Positions 51,710 to 61,746 are shown, numbered from the stretch's first letter. The stretch is DNA of 64,000 nucleotides from Candidatus Bathyarchaeota archaeon (GCA_963811105.1 CAWEPZ010000001.1:1-64000), one strand, 5' to 3'. A program made the numbers and translations. The notes: generated from the letters alone by a model not told the origin.

Positions 51710-53110
51710 ATGAAAATAAAATTCTTAGGCGCAACACATCAAGTGACAGGATCAAGCTACATGTTGGAAACTGCCGAATTGAAAATCCTCGTGGATTGCG
51801 GGCTGTTTCAAGAACGGGATTATTCTCACAGAAACTGGGAAGCCTTCCATGTTCCTCCAGACCAGATCCAGTATCTCGTCCTCACCCATGTTCACCAAGA
51901 TCACGCTGGGCTTATTCCTAAACTTGTTAAAGAAGGGTTTCACGGAGATATTCTGCTCACCCCTGCGTCTAAAGAGTTGTTTCCGATAGTGATTTTGGAT
52001 TCGGCTCGAATTCAAGAAGAGGATGCTGCTGCCTTCAAGAAAAACCGCCATGATAACGAAGAACAAAAGGAACCTTATCCGGAAACCCCTTTATATACAG
52101 TCCAAGATGCAGAAAAGTGTTTTCCCCTCCTGAAAGCTGTTCCCTATGAAGATTTTTTGCCGCTAAACGATCTAGTCAAGGTTTGTTTCCACGATGCTGG
52201 TCACATCCTTGGCTCGGCCATGATTGAGATCGTTTTCCAAGACGACAATGGGTCGCGAAACATCATCTTCTCGGGCGATATCGGACAGTTTGACACGCCT
52301 TTACTCAACAACCCCACTGTATTTGATCGAGCAGATTATGTGGTTATGGAGTCCACATATGGAGATCGAAATCACGATAACCTACAAGATATTGATGATA
52401 AACTCAGCAAGACTATCAATGACACAGCAAAAGCTGGCGGAAACGTCATTGTCCCCACCTTTGCCATTGAGCGAGCCCAAGAACTCTTATACCATATTAG
52501 CTTATTAGCGCGAGCAAAAAGAATTCCTTACATTATTACGTTTCTTGATAGCCCTATGGCCGTCGAAATCACGAAGGTCTTTGAACAGAGCAAGAAGTAT
52601 TTTGACAAACAAACTCTGGAACTCTTCAAGGATGGTCAAACACCCTTCGACTTTCCAGGATTGAAACTCGTCGAATCTGTTGAAGGATCTAAGGCGATCA
52701 ACCTAATCAAAGGCTCTACAATCATTATTGCTGGCTCCGGGATGATTAGTGGAGGACGAATTAAACATCATCTGGTGAGAGAGATAACTCGTCCTGAATC
52801 TACACTTATTATCGTGGGATACCAAGCGGTTGGAACACTGGGACGACAAATCTTGGACGGTGTTTCACCCGTCAGTATTCTGGGTCAATCCTATCCCGTG
52901 CGGATGAGGATCGAGAACATTAATGGTTTATCTGCGCATGCTGAAATGAATGATTTGCGGCGCTGGCTTAACAACTTCAGAGTCCCGCCGAAGCATGTTT
53001 TCTTGACTCATGGCGAAGAAGGATCGATCTTGAGCTTAGAGAATTATTTGCATTCAAAGGGCGGATGGGAAGTGACCGCCCCAGTGTACTTAGAAGAATA
53101 TGACCTCTGA
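51710..53110 (+). CDS. MBL-fold beta-CASP metallo-hydrolase (RNase family)
   Basis: VTGS, DCGLFQ, THVHQDH, AGHILGSA, ESTYG, GYQA, SAHA, THGE. Confidence 0.93.
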   Translation: MKIKFLGATHQVTGSSYMLETAELKILVDCGLFQERDYSHRNWEAFHVPPDQIQYLVLTHVHQDHAGLIPKLVKEGFHGDILLTPASKELFPIVILDSARIQEEDAAAFKKNRHDNEEQKEPYPETPLYTVQDAEKCFPLLKAVPYEDFLPLNDLVKVCFHDAGHILGSAMIEIVFQDDNGSRNIIFSGDIGQFDTPLLNNPTVFDRADYVVMESTYGDRNHDNLQDIDDKLSKTINDTAKAGGNVIVPTFAIERAQELLYHISLLARAKRIPYIITFLDSPMAVEITKVFEQSKKYFDKQTLELFKDGQTPFDFPGLKLVESVEGSKAINLIKGSTIIIAGSGMISGGRIKHHLVREITRPESTLIIVGYQAVGTLGRQILDGVSPVSILGQSYPVRMRIENINGLSAHAEMNDLRRWLNNFRVPPKHVFLTHGEEGSILSLENYLHSKGGWEVTAPVYLEEYDL

Positions 53111-53203
53111 CTCCTGTAGATTGTGAGGCTTTTACTGATTAGAGTTTATTGTACCAATGCGTTTTGTGAAGGAGTTACTTATCAATTAAAGTTCATTTAA
53201 CCT

Positions 53204-53446
53204 CTAATTTTTTCGATTGGCTGCTAAACCATAAATTGTTATGGCCAAGCCGATGATTGCTGCGACTCCCCCGCCAACCGCCATAAACTGATCTTGAGCA
53301 ACCTTATTTCGAACCTCCGCAGAAAGAGACTGCGATATTTGACCCAGCAAACCTCCGTACTGCTGCAAATCCGAATAGCCAATCCAGAAAACCACAATAC
53401 CAATAGCCAACAGGAAAACGCCCACTCCTAATGCTCCAGCTCTCAT
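53204..53446 (-). CDS. Small two-TM membrane protein
   Basis: GAGGT SD; two hydrophobic helices. Confidence 0.6.
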   Translation of the reverse strand: MRAGALGVGVFLLAIGIVVFWIGYSDLQQYGGLLGQISQSLSAEVRNKVAQDQFMAVGGGVAAIIGLAITIYGLAANRKN

Positions 53447-53473
53447 TTTTTCTACCTCGCGCCCACATTAGTT

Positions 53474-53863
53474 TCAAGATAGGCATAAGCCGTCCTTATT
53501 ACATAGGCTTGGGGGAAATACTTCTTGCTTTGAAGCTTTGAGTTCACTTATTCTATTTTGCACCATTTTTAACAGTTCTTTCCTAAGCTGCTCTCCCGAA
53601 ATATCCCGCTGAATAAAACACATTCTGCCGGCTAATACATCATCTTTTAAAGTGTCTCTTATCCAAGCTTGAAAATCGCCCCGTGGATAATGAAACAAAA
53701 TAGAGCTATTATCTATGCCATCCAATTTGGCTGCAAAATCTTCCAGACTGACTGCTGAAACTTTTGTGTAGAGTCCCTCTGCAGTGCAAAAATAAAAAGC
53801 GTTATTTGAAGGCACAGTGGACAGGATTTCTAAAGCATCTTGATTTGTAAGAGTTTTACTCAT
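53474..53863 (-). CDS. DUF5752-like protein
   Basis: AFYF...G..T...A.SLEDF......SILFH..RGDFQAWIRDTL.D..LA. Confidence 0.75.
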   Translation of the reverse strand: MSKTLTNQDALEILSTVPSNNAFYFCTAEGLYTKVSAVSLEDFAAKLDGIDNSSILFHYPRGDFQAWIRDTLKDDVLAGRMCFIQRDISGEQLRKELLKMVQNRISELKASKQEVFPPSLCNKDGLCLS

Positions 53864-54159
53864 TTCTAATCGCCTTGATACACTAAACTTTGGTGAGGCT
53901 ACTCTATATCCGTTTGTTGTTGGGTTTCGACAGTTACAATGGTGCTAACAGTTCTTGACAAAACAACCTGTTTCAATTTGTATAACCTAATTGTCCTTAG
54001 AGCAAGTGCTTGTTGTCTGTCTGTGCTTAATAGCAGTCACATATGTTAATAGAATCGCTGAGGCACCAGTTGAAGCACCTGCACCCTCCGAAGAGAAACC
54101 AAGCGAATAAACGTCCTGCGTATGAAATGCATGGACGACCCCTTTTTTTGAATCAAACC

Positions 54160-54390
54160 TACCTACTTATCCGCACTGGATCAGCAGACCACAATATGTG
54201 ACTTGCTGCCTACGCCATTTCCAAAGGAATGCGAATCAAATACAGCGAAGGTATAATCAAGGACGGCGTGGCAGTAGCTGGAGAAACTGAGCAGGGCGTG
54301 TTTGAAGCCTTAGGATTGCAATGTCCGTTGCCTGTTGAGCGGGAGATAGTGGACGGCAAACCCGTTTGGATGCCGCCTGAAAAAATGTAA
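54160..54390 (+). pseudogene. DNA polymerase X (thumb domain) remnant
   Basis: LLIRTGSADHNM*LAAYAISKG...AGETEQGVFEALGL..P.P.ERE. Confidence 0.7.
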
Positions 54391-54444
54391 ACAAACTTGA
54401 AAAGATACTGACGTTGGGGTGAATCGCGTTAAAGAATTTGCGCT

Positions 54445-54750
54445 CTATAACAGAGGGGGTCTTTGCTTTCTTGCTTTGTTTGTTGTTTCTTCAATTACGG
54501 GAAGGTTTTCTTTGAGTTCTCTGAATTGTTTGAGCACTGTCACGCCGAGTTGCGTGATCGTGTAGAGTTTTCTGTCTTTTCCAATGATCTTAAGTTCAAC
54601 CAGTCCCTGTTTAGTTAAGAAGTCAAGGTACTCCTTTAGCACGCTGCAGTTGACCTTAGCCGTGTACATGACGTGCGTCAGCTTCAACGGACCCAAGTGA
54701 TCTAAAACCTCCAGAATTTCCAAATGCATTTCCAGTTGAGATCGTCTCAC
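54445..54750 (-). CDS. Winged helix-turn-helix regulator (DUF4364/HTH_45-like)
   Basis: RRSQLEM..EIL...THVMY...N...LKEYLDFL..QGLV...YTITQLG. Confidence 0.85.
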   Translation of the reverse strand: MRRSQLEMHLEILEVLDHLGPLKLTHVMYTAKVNCSVLKEYLDFLTKQGLVELKIIGKDRKLYTITQLGVTVLKQFRELKENLPVIEETTNKARKQRPPLL

Positions 54751-55359
54751 AGTTTCACCTTCTATTTTGCAGACACACTCAGTTGCTTATTAGGTATGAT
54801 TCAAGGTACTTAACTCACTTATGAAAACCAACATAATATTCAAGATATGAATCGCGAATAACCTTCCAAAAGCTGCTATTTGACGCGTTATAATTGCCCT
54901 ACTCCTTGCCCTCATATCCTATGGGGAGATAGTGGACACTAAAGCAGTTTGGATGCCGCCTGAAAAAAACTGTAACATTCTATCAAGTTAACCTCGTTGT
55001 GAATCTGAAAGAAGAAGTGATAAACAACAAATTCTTGTAGTTTTGATGGGGTGGAAAGGGGGATTAAGCGGATTTAGCCAAGCGCTAACATTGACAAGGC
55101 GCCAAAAATACTGCGAAATACCTTAGCATCTGTTAGCAGCCGGACCCGCTCAACTTGGCTCTAAGCTACTTCCACTTTCTAATTAGATACTCACAATTAT
55201 AGCAAATATGAAATAATGCTGTTATAAATTGAAACAACAACCGCTAAGTTACTGCAATTGTTTTAGCGTTACTGAACTTTGTACTTTGTTATATATCTGA
55301 CACAGTAACATGACTATTTATGCTTCAATATTCTTCTATTGTGAAAAAGGAGTTGTATC

Positions 55360-55710
55360 TTGGTGGATTTTTGTTCAGAGTGCGGTTCCCGTCTTATAGC
55401 TAAAAAGGTCAAAACAGGAAAACAAACTACACTCGTGCTTGTATGTACCAAATGTGGGCACAAACTAAAAGAATCAAGTGAAAACATAAAAATCAACGGC
55501 AAAACTATAGACCACAGTCCAAAGCAACTAGTTTCAGTGTTAGGTAAAGAAATTCAGCTAAGTACTCTGCCAACCATACAGGTTACCTGCTCAAGATGTG
55601 GAAACAACAATGCTTATGCCTGGCAAGTTCAAACAAGAGGCGCAGATGAATCATCCACCCAATTTCTAAGATGCACAAACTGCGGATATACATTTAGAGA
55701 GAATACGTAA
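55360..55710 (+). CDS. tfs: Transcription factor S (TFS/RpoM) family protein
   Basis: Two zinc ribbons; QTRGADESSTQF acidic hairpin intact. Confidence 0.9.
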   Translation: MVDFCSECGSRLIAKKVKTGKQTTLVLVCTKCGHKLKESSENIKINGKTIDHSPKQLVSVLGKEIQLSTLPTIQVTCSRCGNNNAYAWQVQTRGADESSTQFLRCTNCGYTFRENT

Positions 55711-56100
55711 GGTTTATTCACCAAAAAGAGTTTTGATTAAGTTTGAAAAGGGAAAAAACCCGTTACTTAGCTTTGAAAAACATCTAAGGCAACAAATAAA
55801 ATAGTTTTCCCAATTTTTCAGTTGCAGTAAAAAAATTAAGAGAGTAACCAATAAAACCAACCAATAAAACCAAAAATCTCCACATGGACTGCCTATTCAG
55901 TTCAAACAGAACCTGCCTACAGCTTTAGAAACACAATATCTACTTCGCAATCGTTGCTGGATAGGCTTTTGGGCGAGGACATCGAGTATAGTAGAAGGAC
56001 AGGGAGAAGAAAGGTTCAACTTGCATTGTAAGAAAATTCTCGTGAAAAAATGAGAGAAAGAAACGAGTAAATTGTTTGCTTAACTGAGACTTACTTTTAC

Positions 56101-56122
56101 GTTATTGTCGTTAGACAGTCAC
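56101..56122 (+). promoter_or_regulatory. 22-bp palindromic operator next to TATA
   Basis: GTTATTGT-CGTTAG-ACAGTCAC-aaatg-CTTAAG. Confidence 0.7.
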
Positions 56123-56167
56123 AAATGCTTAAGAAAAGCATAAACCACTTGTATTATAGGTAAGATT

Positions 56168-56407
56168 TTGACTGAGCCTGATTTTCCCTACGAAAAGAAA
56201 CCAAATGAATCATTCAATGATTTGATTGCACCATCCCCACCAGATGGCTCTTTTGAATCACCAGATCAGCAGCCTTCCCTTCCTCCAATTAGTAATCCAA
56301 CGCCAAACAAGGTTACTTGCCAAATATGTGGTAAAGTTTTCAATACTAAAGAAGAATTAACCATGCATTTGGAAACTGAGCATCAAACCCCCAAGAAGAA
56401 AATTTAA
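56168..56407 (+). CDS. C2H2 zinc-finger microprotein with Pro-rich N-terminus
   Basis: CQICGKVFNTKEELTMHLETEH. Confidence 0.8.
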   Translation: MTEPDFPYEKKPNESFNDLIAPSPPDGSFESPDQQPSLPPISNPTPNKVTCQICGKVFNTKEELTMHLETEHQTPKKKI

Positions 56408-56482
56408 AACTCAAAACGCCCTAATTTATTCAATAGTTGTTGATTCTCCCAAACAATTCTTTGATGGGAAACATGATATCAT

Positions 56483-56504
56483 GTAGTTGTGACAACACAA
56501 TCAC
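56483..56504 (+). promoter_or_regulatory. 22-bp palindromic operator next to TATA
   Basis: GTAGTTGT-GACAAC-ACAATCAC-aata-CTATAT. Confidence 0.7.
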
Positions 56505-56550
56505 AATACTATATGTAGTATTATTCATTCATTTTGTTTAGGTGTAAGTT

Positions 56551-56724
56551 TTGTCAAAAGTCCAACCTCATCCAGGTCATGAAAAACACCTCTGCAAAAT
56601 GGTAGAGGATAAAGTACCAATAGAAAAGATAAAGCCACTTGTGAAAGACGCGAAATACATCTGCAAAAGCTGTATGCGTACAGCTGCCAAAGCAGAAAAC
56701 CTCTGCTCCCCAGAATCCCTTTAA
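56551..56724 (+). CDS. 57-aa His/Cys metal-binding microprotein (absent from the ORF track)
   Basis: MSKVQPHPGHEKHLCKMVEDKVPIEKIKPLVKDAKYICKSCMRTAAKAENLCSPESL*; AGGTG SD. Confidence 0.75.
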   Translation: MSKVQPHPGHEKHLCKMVEDKVPIEKIKPLVKDAKYICKSCMRTAAKAENLCSPESL

Positions 56725-57190
56725 ACATCTTTTCTTTTTTTTGAGAACAAGTAAGAATAGCTTAGGGGTAAAGCCGAATACTTTTAGTGGGCTGCTTGTC
56801 CCGATATTATGTATTGAAGAAAGTTGGTTAGTTGCTTTGTCTTATCTTCCACGGTTCTCAGCTGCTTCTCTATTCAGAATCAGGCACAACAGATAGTAAA
56901 GAGCGTATGAAGCAATGTTTCCTGCGCCTATGACCTTTTTTATGGCCAAACGGCCAGCCGCTGCCCATGTGTTTTTAGTTTTGGTGGCATTCATGTGGTT
57001 TATCTTTTGTTTTCTGGATCTTGCCCTTTGCTTCTTCGTCACTCACTTAAAAACCCTCAAAAAATCAGCTCTCACAATGGCTAATAAACAAACTGGTACC
57101 CTGACGGTTCAAAGGAAACTGAAGCTAAAGAATAATTAAGAAACATTCATATGACTTCCAAAAAGACTGAAAAGAAAGGCTGATGAAGTT

Positions 57191-57212
57191 GTAACTGTTT
57201 GTTCACAGTCAC
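57191..57212 (+). promoter_or_regulatory. 22-bp palindromic operator next to TATA
   Basis: GTAACTGT-TTGTTC-ACAGTCAC-acat-ATTAAAA. Confidence 0.75.
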
Positions 57213-57262
57213 ACATATTAAAATAAAGCAGTCAAGTTAAGGGTAAGTGAAGGTTTTTGAAA

Positions 57263-57421
57263 ATGGGCGCACTTGATTTTCTTTTCGTAGTTGCTGTGAT
57301 TCTTATCGTATTGTGGCTTTTGGGCTTTTTCATCTTCAACCTTGGCACTATCATATGGGTTCTGCTTGTCATCGCCATCATTATAATACTTGCCCGACTG
57401 CTTACAGGACGCAGAGTATAA
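57263..57421 (+). CDS. DUF5670/lmo0937-family membrane microprotein (absent from the ORF track)
   Basis: MGALDFLFVVAVILIVLWLLGFFIFNLGTIIWVLLVIAIIIILARLLTGRRV*. Confidence 0.85.
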   Translation: MGALDFLFVVAVILIVLWLLGFFIFNLGTIIWVLLVIAIIIILARLLTGRRV

Positions 57422-57553
57422 CAGCAACCAAAAACATGGTAGCAGCGCCAAAAGCTGCTTCCCAACTTTTTTGTAAACGTGAAGAAGTCATATTTGTTCG
57501 AAGGATTCACATTCACAAGACGAAATAGACTCTCTTTAAAGCAACGGCTTATT

Positions 57554-57575
57554 GTTGGTGCGAGATAACAGTCAC
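57554..57575 (+). promoter_or_regulatory. 22-bp palindromic operator next to TATA
   Basis: GTTGGTGC-GAGATA-ACAGTCAC-atacg-TTTAATTA. Confidence 0.65.
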
Positions 57576-57622
57576 ATACGTTTAATTAAATCTCAGAGGT
57601 ACTACGTTTATAGTGAAATTTT

Positions 57623-57787
57623 ATGAGTGAAGATGAAGTTAAAGGAAAACTCAAAAAGGATGAAGGCAAAATCCGCGTAGGCGCGGGCAAAGTTACTGGC
57701 AACACAGGTCAAATAATTAAAGGCGAAGCTGAGAAAGTTAAAGGAAAAATTCAAGAAGACGTCGGCAAAGCCAAAAGAAAACTCTAA
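57623..57787 (+). CDS. CsbD-family general stress protein (absent from the ORF track)
   Basis: MSEDEVKGKLKKDEGKIRVGAGKVTGNTGQIIKGEAEKVKGKIQEDVGKAKRKL*. Confidence 0.85.
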   Translation: MSEDEVKGKLKKDEGKIRVGAGKVTGNTGQIIKGEAEKVKGKIQEDVGKAKRKL

Positions 57788-58035
57788 CAAAAATAAGACC
57801 AGTTATTCAATGCTTCAATTATTGGCTTAAATAGTTTTTCAAGAAGTCGAAAAACTACTTGAGTCAACTATTAAGCCGATAGCTTGTCTCTTTTTTCTAA
57901 TTCTTCATAATCAATCAGTTATTACTTATTACGTGGCAATGCCTTCGCCTTTTTCTGGCATAAAGACTACCAATTGCTAAGATTTTCTCGAAAAAGGCTT
58001 CAAAGTTAAGAAAAAGCAAACTAAACTAGGTGCTG

Positions 58036-60003
58036 CTATGATTTTATGGGCGTCTTTGTGGAAATACTCGTCATCTCTCTTTTAAATAGCCGACAAACAT
58101 TCTCAGCGCCGACGATTTCCTCCTTCTCAAGGTTCCATTCAGAAGGATGCAGTATGAAGGGCTTCGATTGGCTGCCGCCTAAACCCCCGTGGCTGCCTAT
58201 TAGCTCCTCAAATGCAGCCACTTCATCCTTCTCCTTGTCGTACATGCTCATAACGAGAATGTCCGGAATACAGTTGAAGCTGTCTGTTCTCCGCAAGTGT
58301 TCTGCAGCCCGCTTCCCGAATTTAGCTAGCGGGTTTTCACCCTCTATCTTATCATTCGTGAGGTAATACTTGCCCCTTGCGCCTATCACGACTGCCCCCT
58401 GTTCTTCCGAGCGGATCAAAACGAAACTCACCCCCTCATGATGCGACAAACCTTCCACCATCTCTGGATAAGTCTTATTGACATCCTCCAGGCTTACCCG
58501 ATCCGCCCATTGTGTGAAGTATATCAGGCCCATGTTTCCCGAAGCCAACACGATAGCATCTATTTTTTCATCCTCCTTTTTCCTAGACTTCCGAACAACT
58601 CTGCTTCTAACATTCTGCAAAGGAATCGTCACCATCTGTCCGAAGTGATCTTGGTTGGAGTCGAGCTCGAAAGACATCCTGTGTCCCTCAGGGAGAAGCT
58701 TCTGTACAAGATCTGCTAAGGTGTAACCATAACGTTGCCTAAAGGTGGCGCCATTGGTCTGACCGTGGTCTGAAAGAACGCAGAGGTAATACGGTCGTTG
58801 AGAATATGCCTTTGCTCTGTCTATTCTTTTTATACACCTGTCCAGTTTTTTAAGAACGTAGAAAGCCTCATCGTCCGAGATGCCGCAGTGATGCGCAACC
58901 TCATCATATCCCATGAAAGTGGTATATATCGCGTTCTTGTCACCTGCGATAATGTCGCCAATGATCGTGTAAGTACTCAATTCGCGCAGGAAGACATCTG
59001 CCACTACCCTTGTAAAGTAATACACGCGTCCGCGGTGTCGAAGTCTGGGCAGAGTATTTCTTCGCCACTGCCTGTACCTGGACCGAGTCTCCAGCACTAA
59101 CTCCCAGAGAGTGTATGCAATCGTGTGGACAAGATTATTGGAAACGGCATAGAAAGTATTCCACGACTGGTGGTACAATTCGCCTATCTTGCTAAGCTTG
59201 CTGTATACGAAAACGTTGTCTTTGGCGTCACCAGAATAGAGATTAGCTATCGCGCGCCCATTATTCGCAAGCAAACCGTTCCCGTCAGAGATGCGTGTCT
59301 CGATTACTGGTGCATCGCCCATACCAGTGGTTGACACGACCTTGTTACCTTTTGCTTTTTCTACCCATCGGAAAGCAGGAATGTCTTTGTTATTCCCATG
59401 TAATATTCCCGCTTGGCTAGCGCCAGTCTGTGACGAAAAGTCCGTTTCCCACTCCTTAATCTTGTGCGTTCCGCTGCTAACCCACCCCGCTAGGGTTGGC
59501 ATAGTTCCGTTCTCTATCGCTCTACGAAGAATCGTTTCAGCCAATCCGTCGATTTCCAGAAAGATGAAACCTGGTTTATCCTTATTTTCCGCTGCCTTCT
59601 TTGCACGTCCCTTCATTCTTTTCACAACCTCACGGTAGAATGATGCATCGTCATCGATTTCTAGCATTCCTGAAATCAAGGTGTTGATTATCGATATGTT
59701 CACAGGGAGCAAAACTAAACTCCACCCAGAGGCCTCAATTTCTGAAGTGAAGAAAGCCAGTGACCAGAGTATTATGCCATTCAATAGTAGTGCACTCAAC
59801 CCGAACGTTATCACAGAGCGTGCGAGTCCTAACCTCGCTAAGAAGGGCCAAAGCAATGCATTAACTAACCCGAGCCCGGCAGTCGCAATAACAGCGACAA
59901 CAAGATTGCGGGAGTAAAATCCAATCAGGATGCCTGTAAGGAAGATATCTAAAGATATTAAGAACCATACAATTAATGCCCGTGTGAAAATGTCTTTAGT
60001 CAA
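58036..60003 (-). CDS. 4-TM holin-like (DUF360) domain fused to an alkaline-phosphatase/phosphodiesterase domain
   Basis: N-terminal GLVNALLWP TM region; LEIDGL, SQTGASQAGILHG, YDEVAHH, SDHGQ, HGGLGG. Confidence 0.85.
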   Translation of the reverse strand: MTKDIFTRALIVWFLISLDIFLTGILIGFYSRNLVVAVIATAGLGLVNALLWPFLARLGLARSVITFGLSALLLNGIILWSLAFFTSEIEASGWSLVLLPVNISIINTLISGMLEIDDDASFYREVVKRMKGRAKKAAENKDKPGFIFLEIDGLAETILRRAIENGTMPTLAGWVSSGTHKIKEWETDFSSQTGASQAGILHGNNKDIPAFRWVEKAKGNKVVSTTGMGDAPVIETRISDGNGLLANNGRAIANLYSGDAKDNVFVYSKLSKIGELYHQSWNTFYAVSNNLVHTIAYTLWELVLETRSRYRQWRRNTLPRLRHRGRVYYFTRVVADVFLRELSTYTIIGDIIAGDKNAIYTTFMGYDEVAHHCGISDDEAFYVLKKLDRCIKRIDRAKAYSQRPYYLCVLSDHGQTNGATFRQRYGYTLADLVQKLLPEGHRMSFELDSNQDHFGQMVTIPLQNVRSRVVRKSRKKEDEKIDAIVLASGNMGLIYFTQWADRVSLEDVNKTYPEMVEGLSHHEGVSFVLIRSEEQGAVVIGARGKYYLTNDKIEGENPLAKFGKRAAEHLRRTDSFNCIPDILVMSMYDKEKDEVAAFEELIGSHGGLGGSQSKPFILHPSEWNLEKEEIVGAENVCRLFKREMTSISTKTPIKS

Positions 60004-60890
60004 ACTTTCTTCTCTCCAGATTTTAGATCAATGACGGTAATCTCGGGTGCGCAGTTAATACGTATCCAGAACGCGTTTGTGCCAATGCCTCGGTTGGTGT
60101 ACTGGACCATTTCCCCCACTTGATACCTTCCGAGGGGGTACTTCCTGAAACCGTCAACGCGAAAAGGAGTCCCAATCTTGGGTATCACGAATTGACCCCC
60201 GTGGGAATGCCCGGAGAGCTGGAGACTGAACCTATTGGTTTTTGCGCTGATGTCGGCGAAGTCAGGTTCATGAGCCAGGAGAATAGCTGGTCCGTTGGGC
60301 GGCAGCTTCTGCAGGACCTCTTCCAACTGGTTCTTCTTCAAAGTGATGCCGTCGACTCCTGCAAAATGCAACGCATATCCTTTTCGAGTAACAGTATAGA
60401 CATTGTTGCTCAGCTCTATTATTTTGCTTTCTCTCAGTATCGAGCGGACCCTCTCCGCGCTGACCCAATAATCGTGGTTGCCTAGCACTGCCACCGTCGT
60501 ATCTCGCGCACGTATTTCCTTGAGCGCGTGTATGAGTTCTTCGACATTCTCTTGTGAGTAGGACACAAAATCCCCCGTGATCGCAACGATATCTGGCTCC
60601 TGCTGGTTAATCAAACCAACTACCCCTATCAGCCTATCCAGAGAAATCCATTGCCCGTAATGTATGTCGCTGATGTGCACTATCCGGTAACCTTCGAAGG
60701 GGGTCGGAAGTGTGGGAATATTTATTTCAATTTTCACGATCTCGAAATCGCTAGGGTTAAATCTCTGGCCAAACAATCTAGAAGATCGTGACATCATTTT
60801 TTGCAAACCTCTTCGCATGCGGAAGGTCCAATCCACTCTAGCATCTTCTGTGGGCTCGCGCTTTCTCATTATCAAAATGTCTCCAATCAA
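60000..60890 (-). CDS. Calcineurin-like metallophosphoesterase (YkuE/YaeI-like)
   Basis: SDIH, TGDFV, GNHD, HEPD, SGHSHGGQ. Confidence 0.93.
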   Translation of the reverse strand: MIGDILIMRKREPTEDARVDWTFRMRRGLQKMMSRSSRLFGQRFNPSDFEIVKIEINIPTLPTPFEGYRIVHISDIHYGQWISLDRLIGVVGLINQQEPDIVAITGDFVSYSQENVEELIHALKEIRARDTTVAVLGNHDYWVSAERVRSILRESKIIELSNNVYTVTRKGYALHFAGVDGITLKKNQLEEVLQKLPPNGPAILLAHEPDFADISAKTNRFSLQLSGHSHGGQFVIPKIGTPFRVDGFRKYPLGRYQVGEMVQYTNRGIGTNAFWIRINCAPEITVIDLKSGEKKV

Positions 60891-61416
60891 TCATCTGGGC
60901 GAATGTGAATGTTAATAGGAAAAACTAATTAATATAATTCGTTCGCACCATTTGAACTTTGTACAGGCAATCTCGAACAATTCCGCTTTAAGCCTCACCT
61001 GAGGGAAGAGTGAAAACGATCTAAACAAGGGACAAACTATTACGTCCTATTGTTTCTTTAGAACTTTTGCTTCAACCAGCGCCTACAAAAATGTATTAAA
61101 GGACAAGAACTGTTAAGCCACCATTCATGAAAAAAATTTGTCAGGTGTTAGCGTTCTTCGCGAAAAAGGGTGTTTCGTTCACACCCATATGTGTTAAGGA
61201 TTACCCGTATTAACTGAAGTCGACCACAAATTAACACTCAAATTTGCCGCGTTAAAGCTGCCTCTAAAGGATGTAACAAACATAAGTGCTGCCTGTTTAA
61301 TCTTTGATGTCAAACTAATGTTAGGTTTTTCAACCAAGCACTTAAGGAAGTGATAACATACAGCTACATTTATTTTTTTAGTTCTTTTGAGTGGTAAAAA
61401 CACAACAAAATGTATT

Positions 61417-61438
61417 GTTGCTACTTATTTGCAATCAC
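61417..61438 (+). promoter_or_regulatory. 22-bp palindromic operator next to TATA
   Basis: GTTGCTAC-TTATTT-GCAATCAC-aactc-TTTAAGTA. Confidence 0.6.
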
Positions 61439-61490
61439 AACTCTTTAAGTATTTTATGAAACAAATGTTAAGTAAATTAGGTAAATTTGC

Positions 61491-61727
61491 ATGGATTTTG
61501 CTGAAGCTATAGAGTTTTCAAAGAAATTTCCCACCCGTCATCCAAAAATATTCAAAGGTTTCATTGAGTGGGGTATTTGGGATACTGAAACAGGGGATTA
61601 CATAGTTCTAACTGATGCAGTTTCAGTTAAGGAATCATGTTTTAATGAGTTAGACGATTATGTTAAGAGCCACAAATTAAGAACAGACAATGTTAAGGAT
61701 TATTTGATGATTTCCACACGCTGTTAA
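61491..61727 (+). CDS. Hypothetical protein
   Basis: Well-formed ORF with operator and TATA upstream. Confidence 0.55.
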   Translation: MDFAEAIEFSKKFPTRHPKIFKGFIEWGIWDTETGDYIVLTDAVSVKESCFNELDDYVKSHKLRTDNVKDYLMISTRC

Positions 61728-61746
61728 TTTCTTGGTCTGTATCAAA

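Noticed and set aside
57218-57790. Track ORFs 57218-57451, 57232-57516, 57313-57528 and 57608-57790
   Set aside because: Shadows of the real short genes DUF5670 (57263-57421) and CsbD (57623-57787).
58036-60003. Holin-like domain as evidence of a provirus
   Set aside because: DUF360-phosphodiesterase fusions are cellular, and no viral genes lie nearby.
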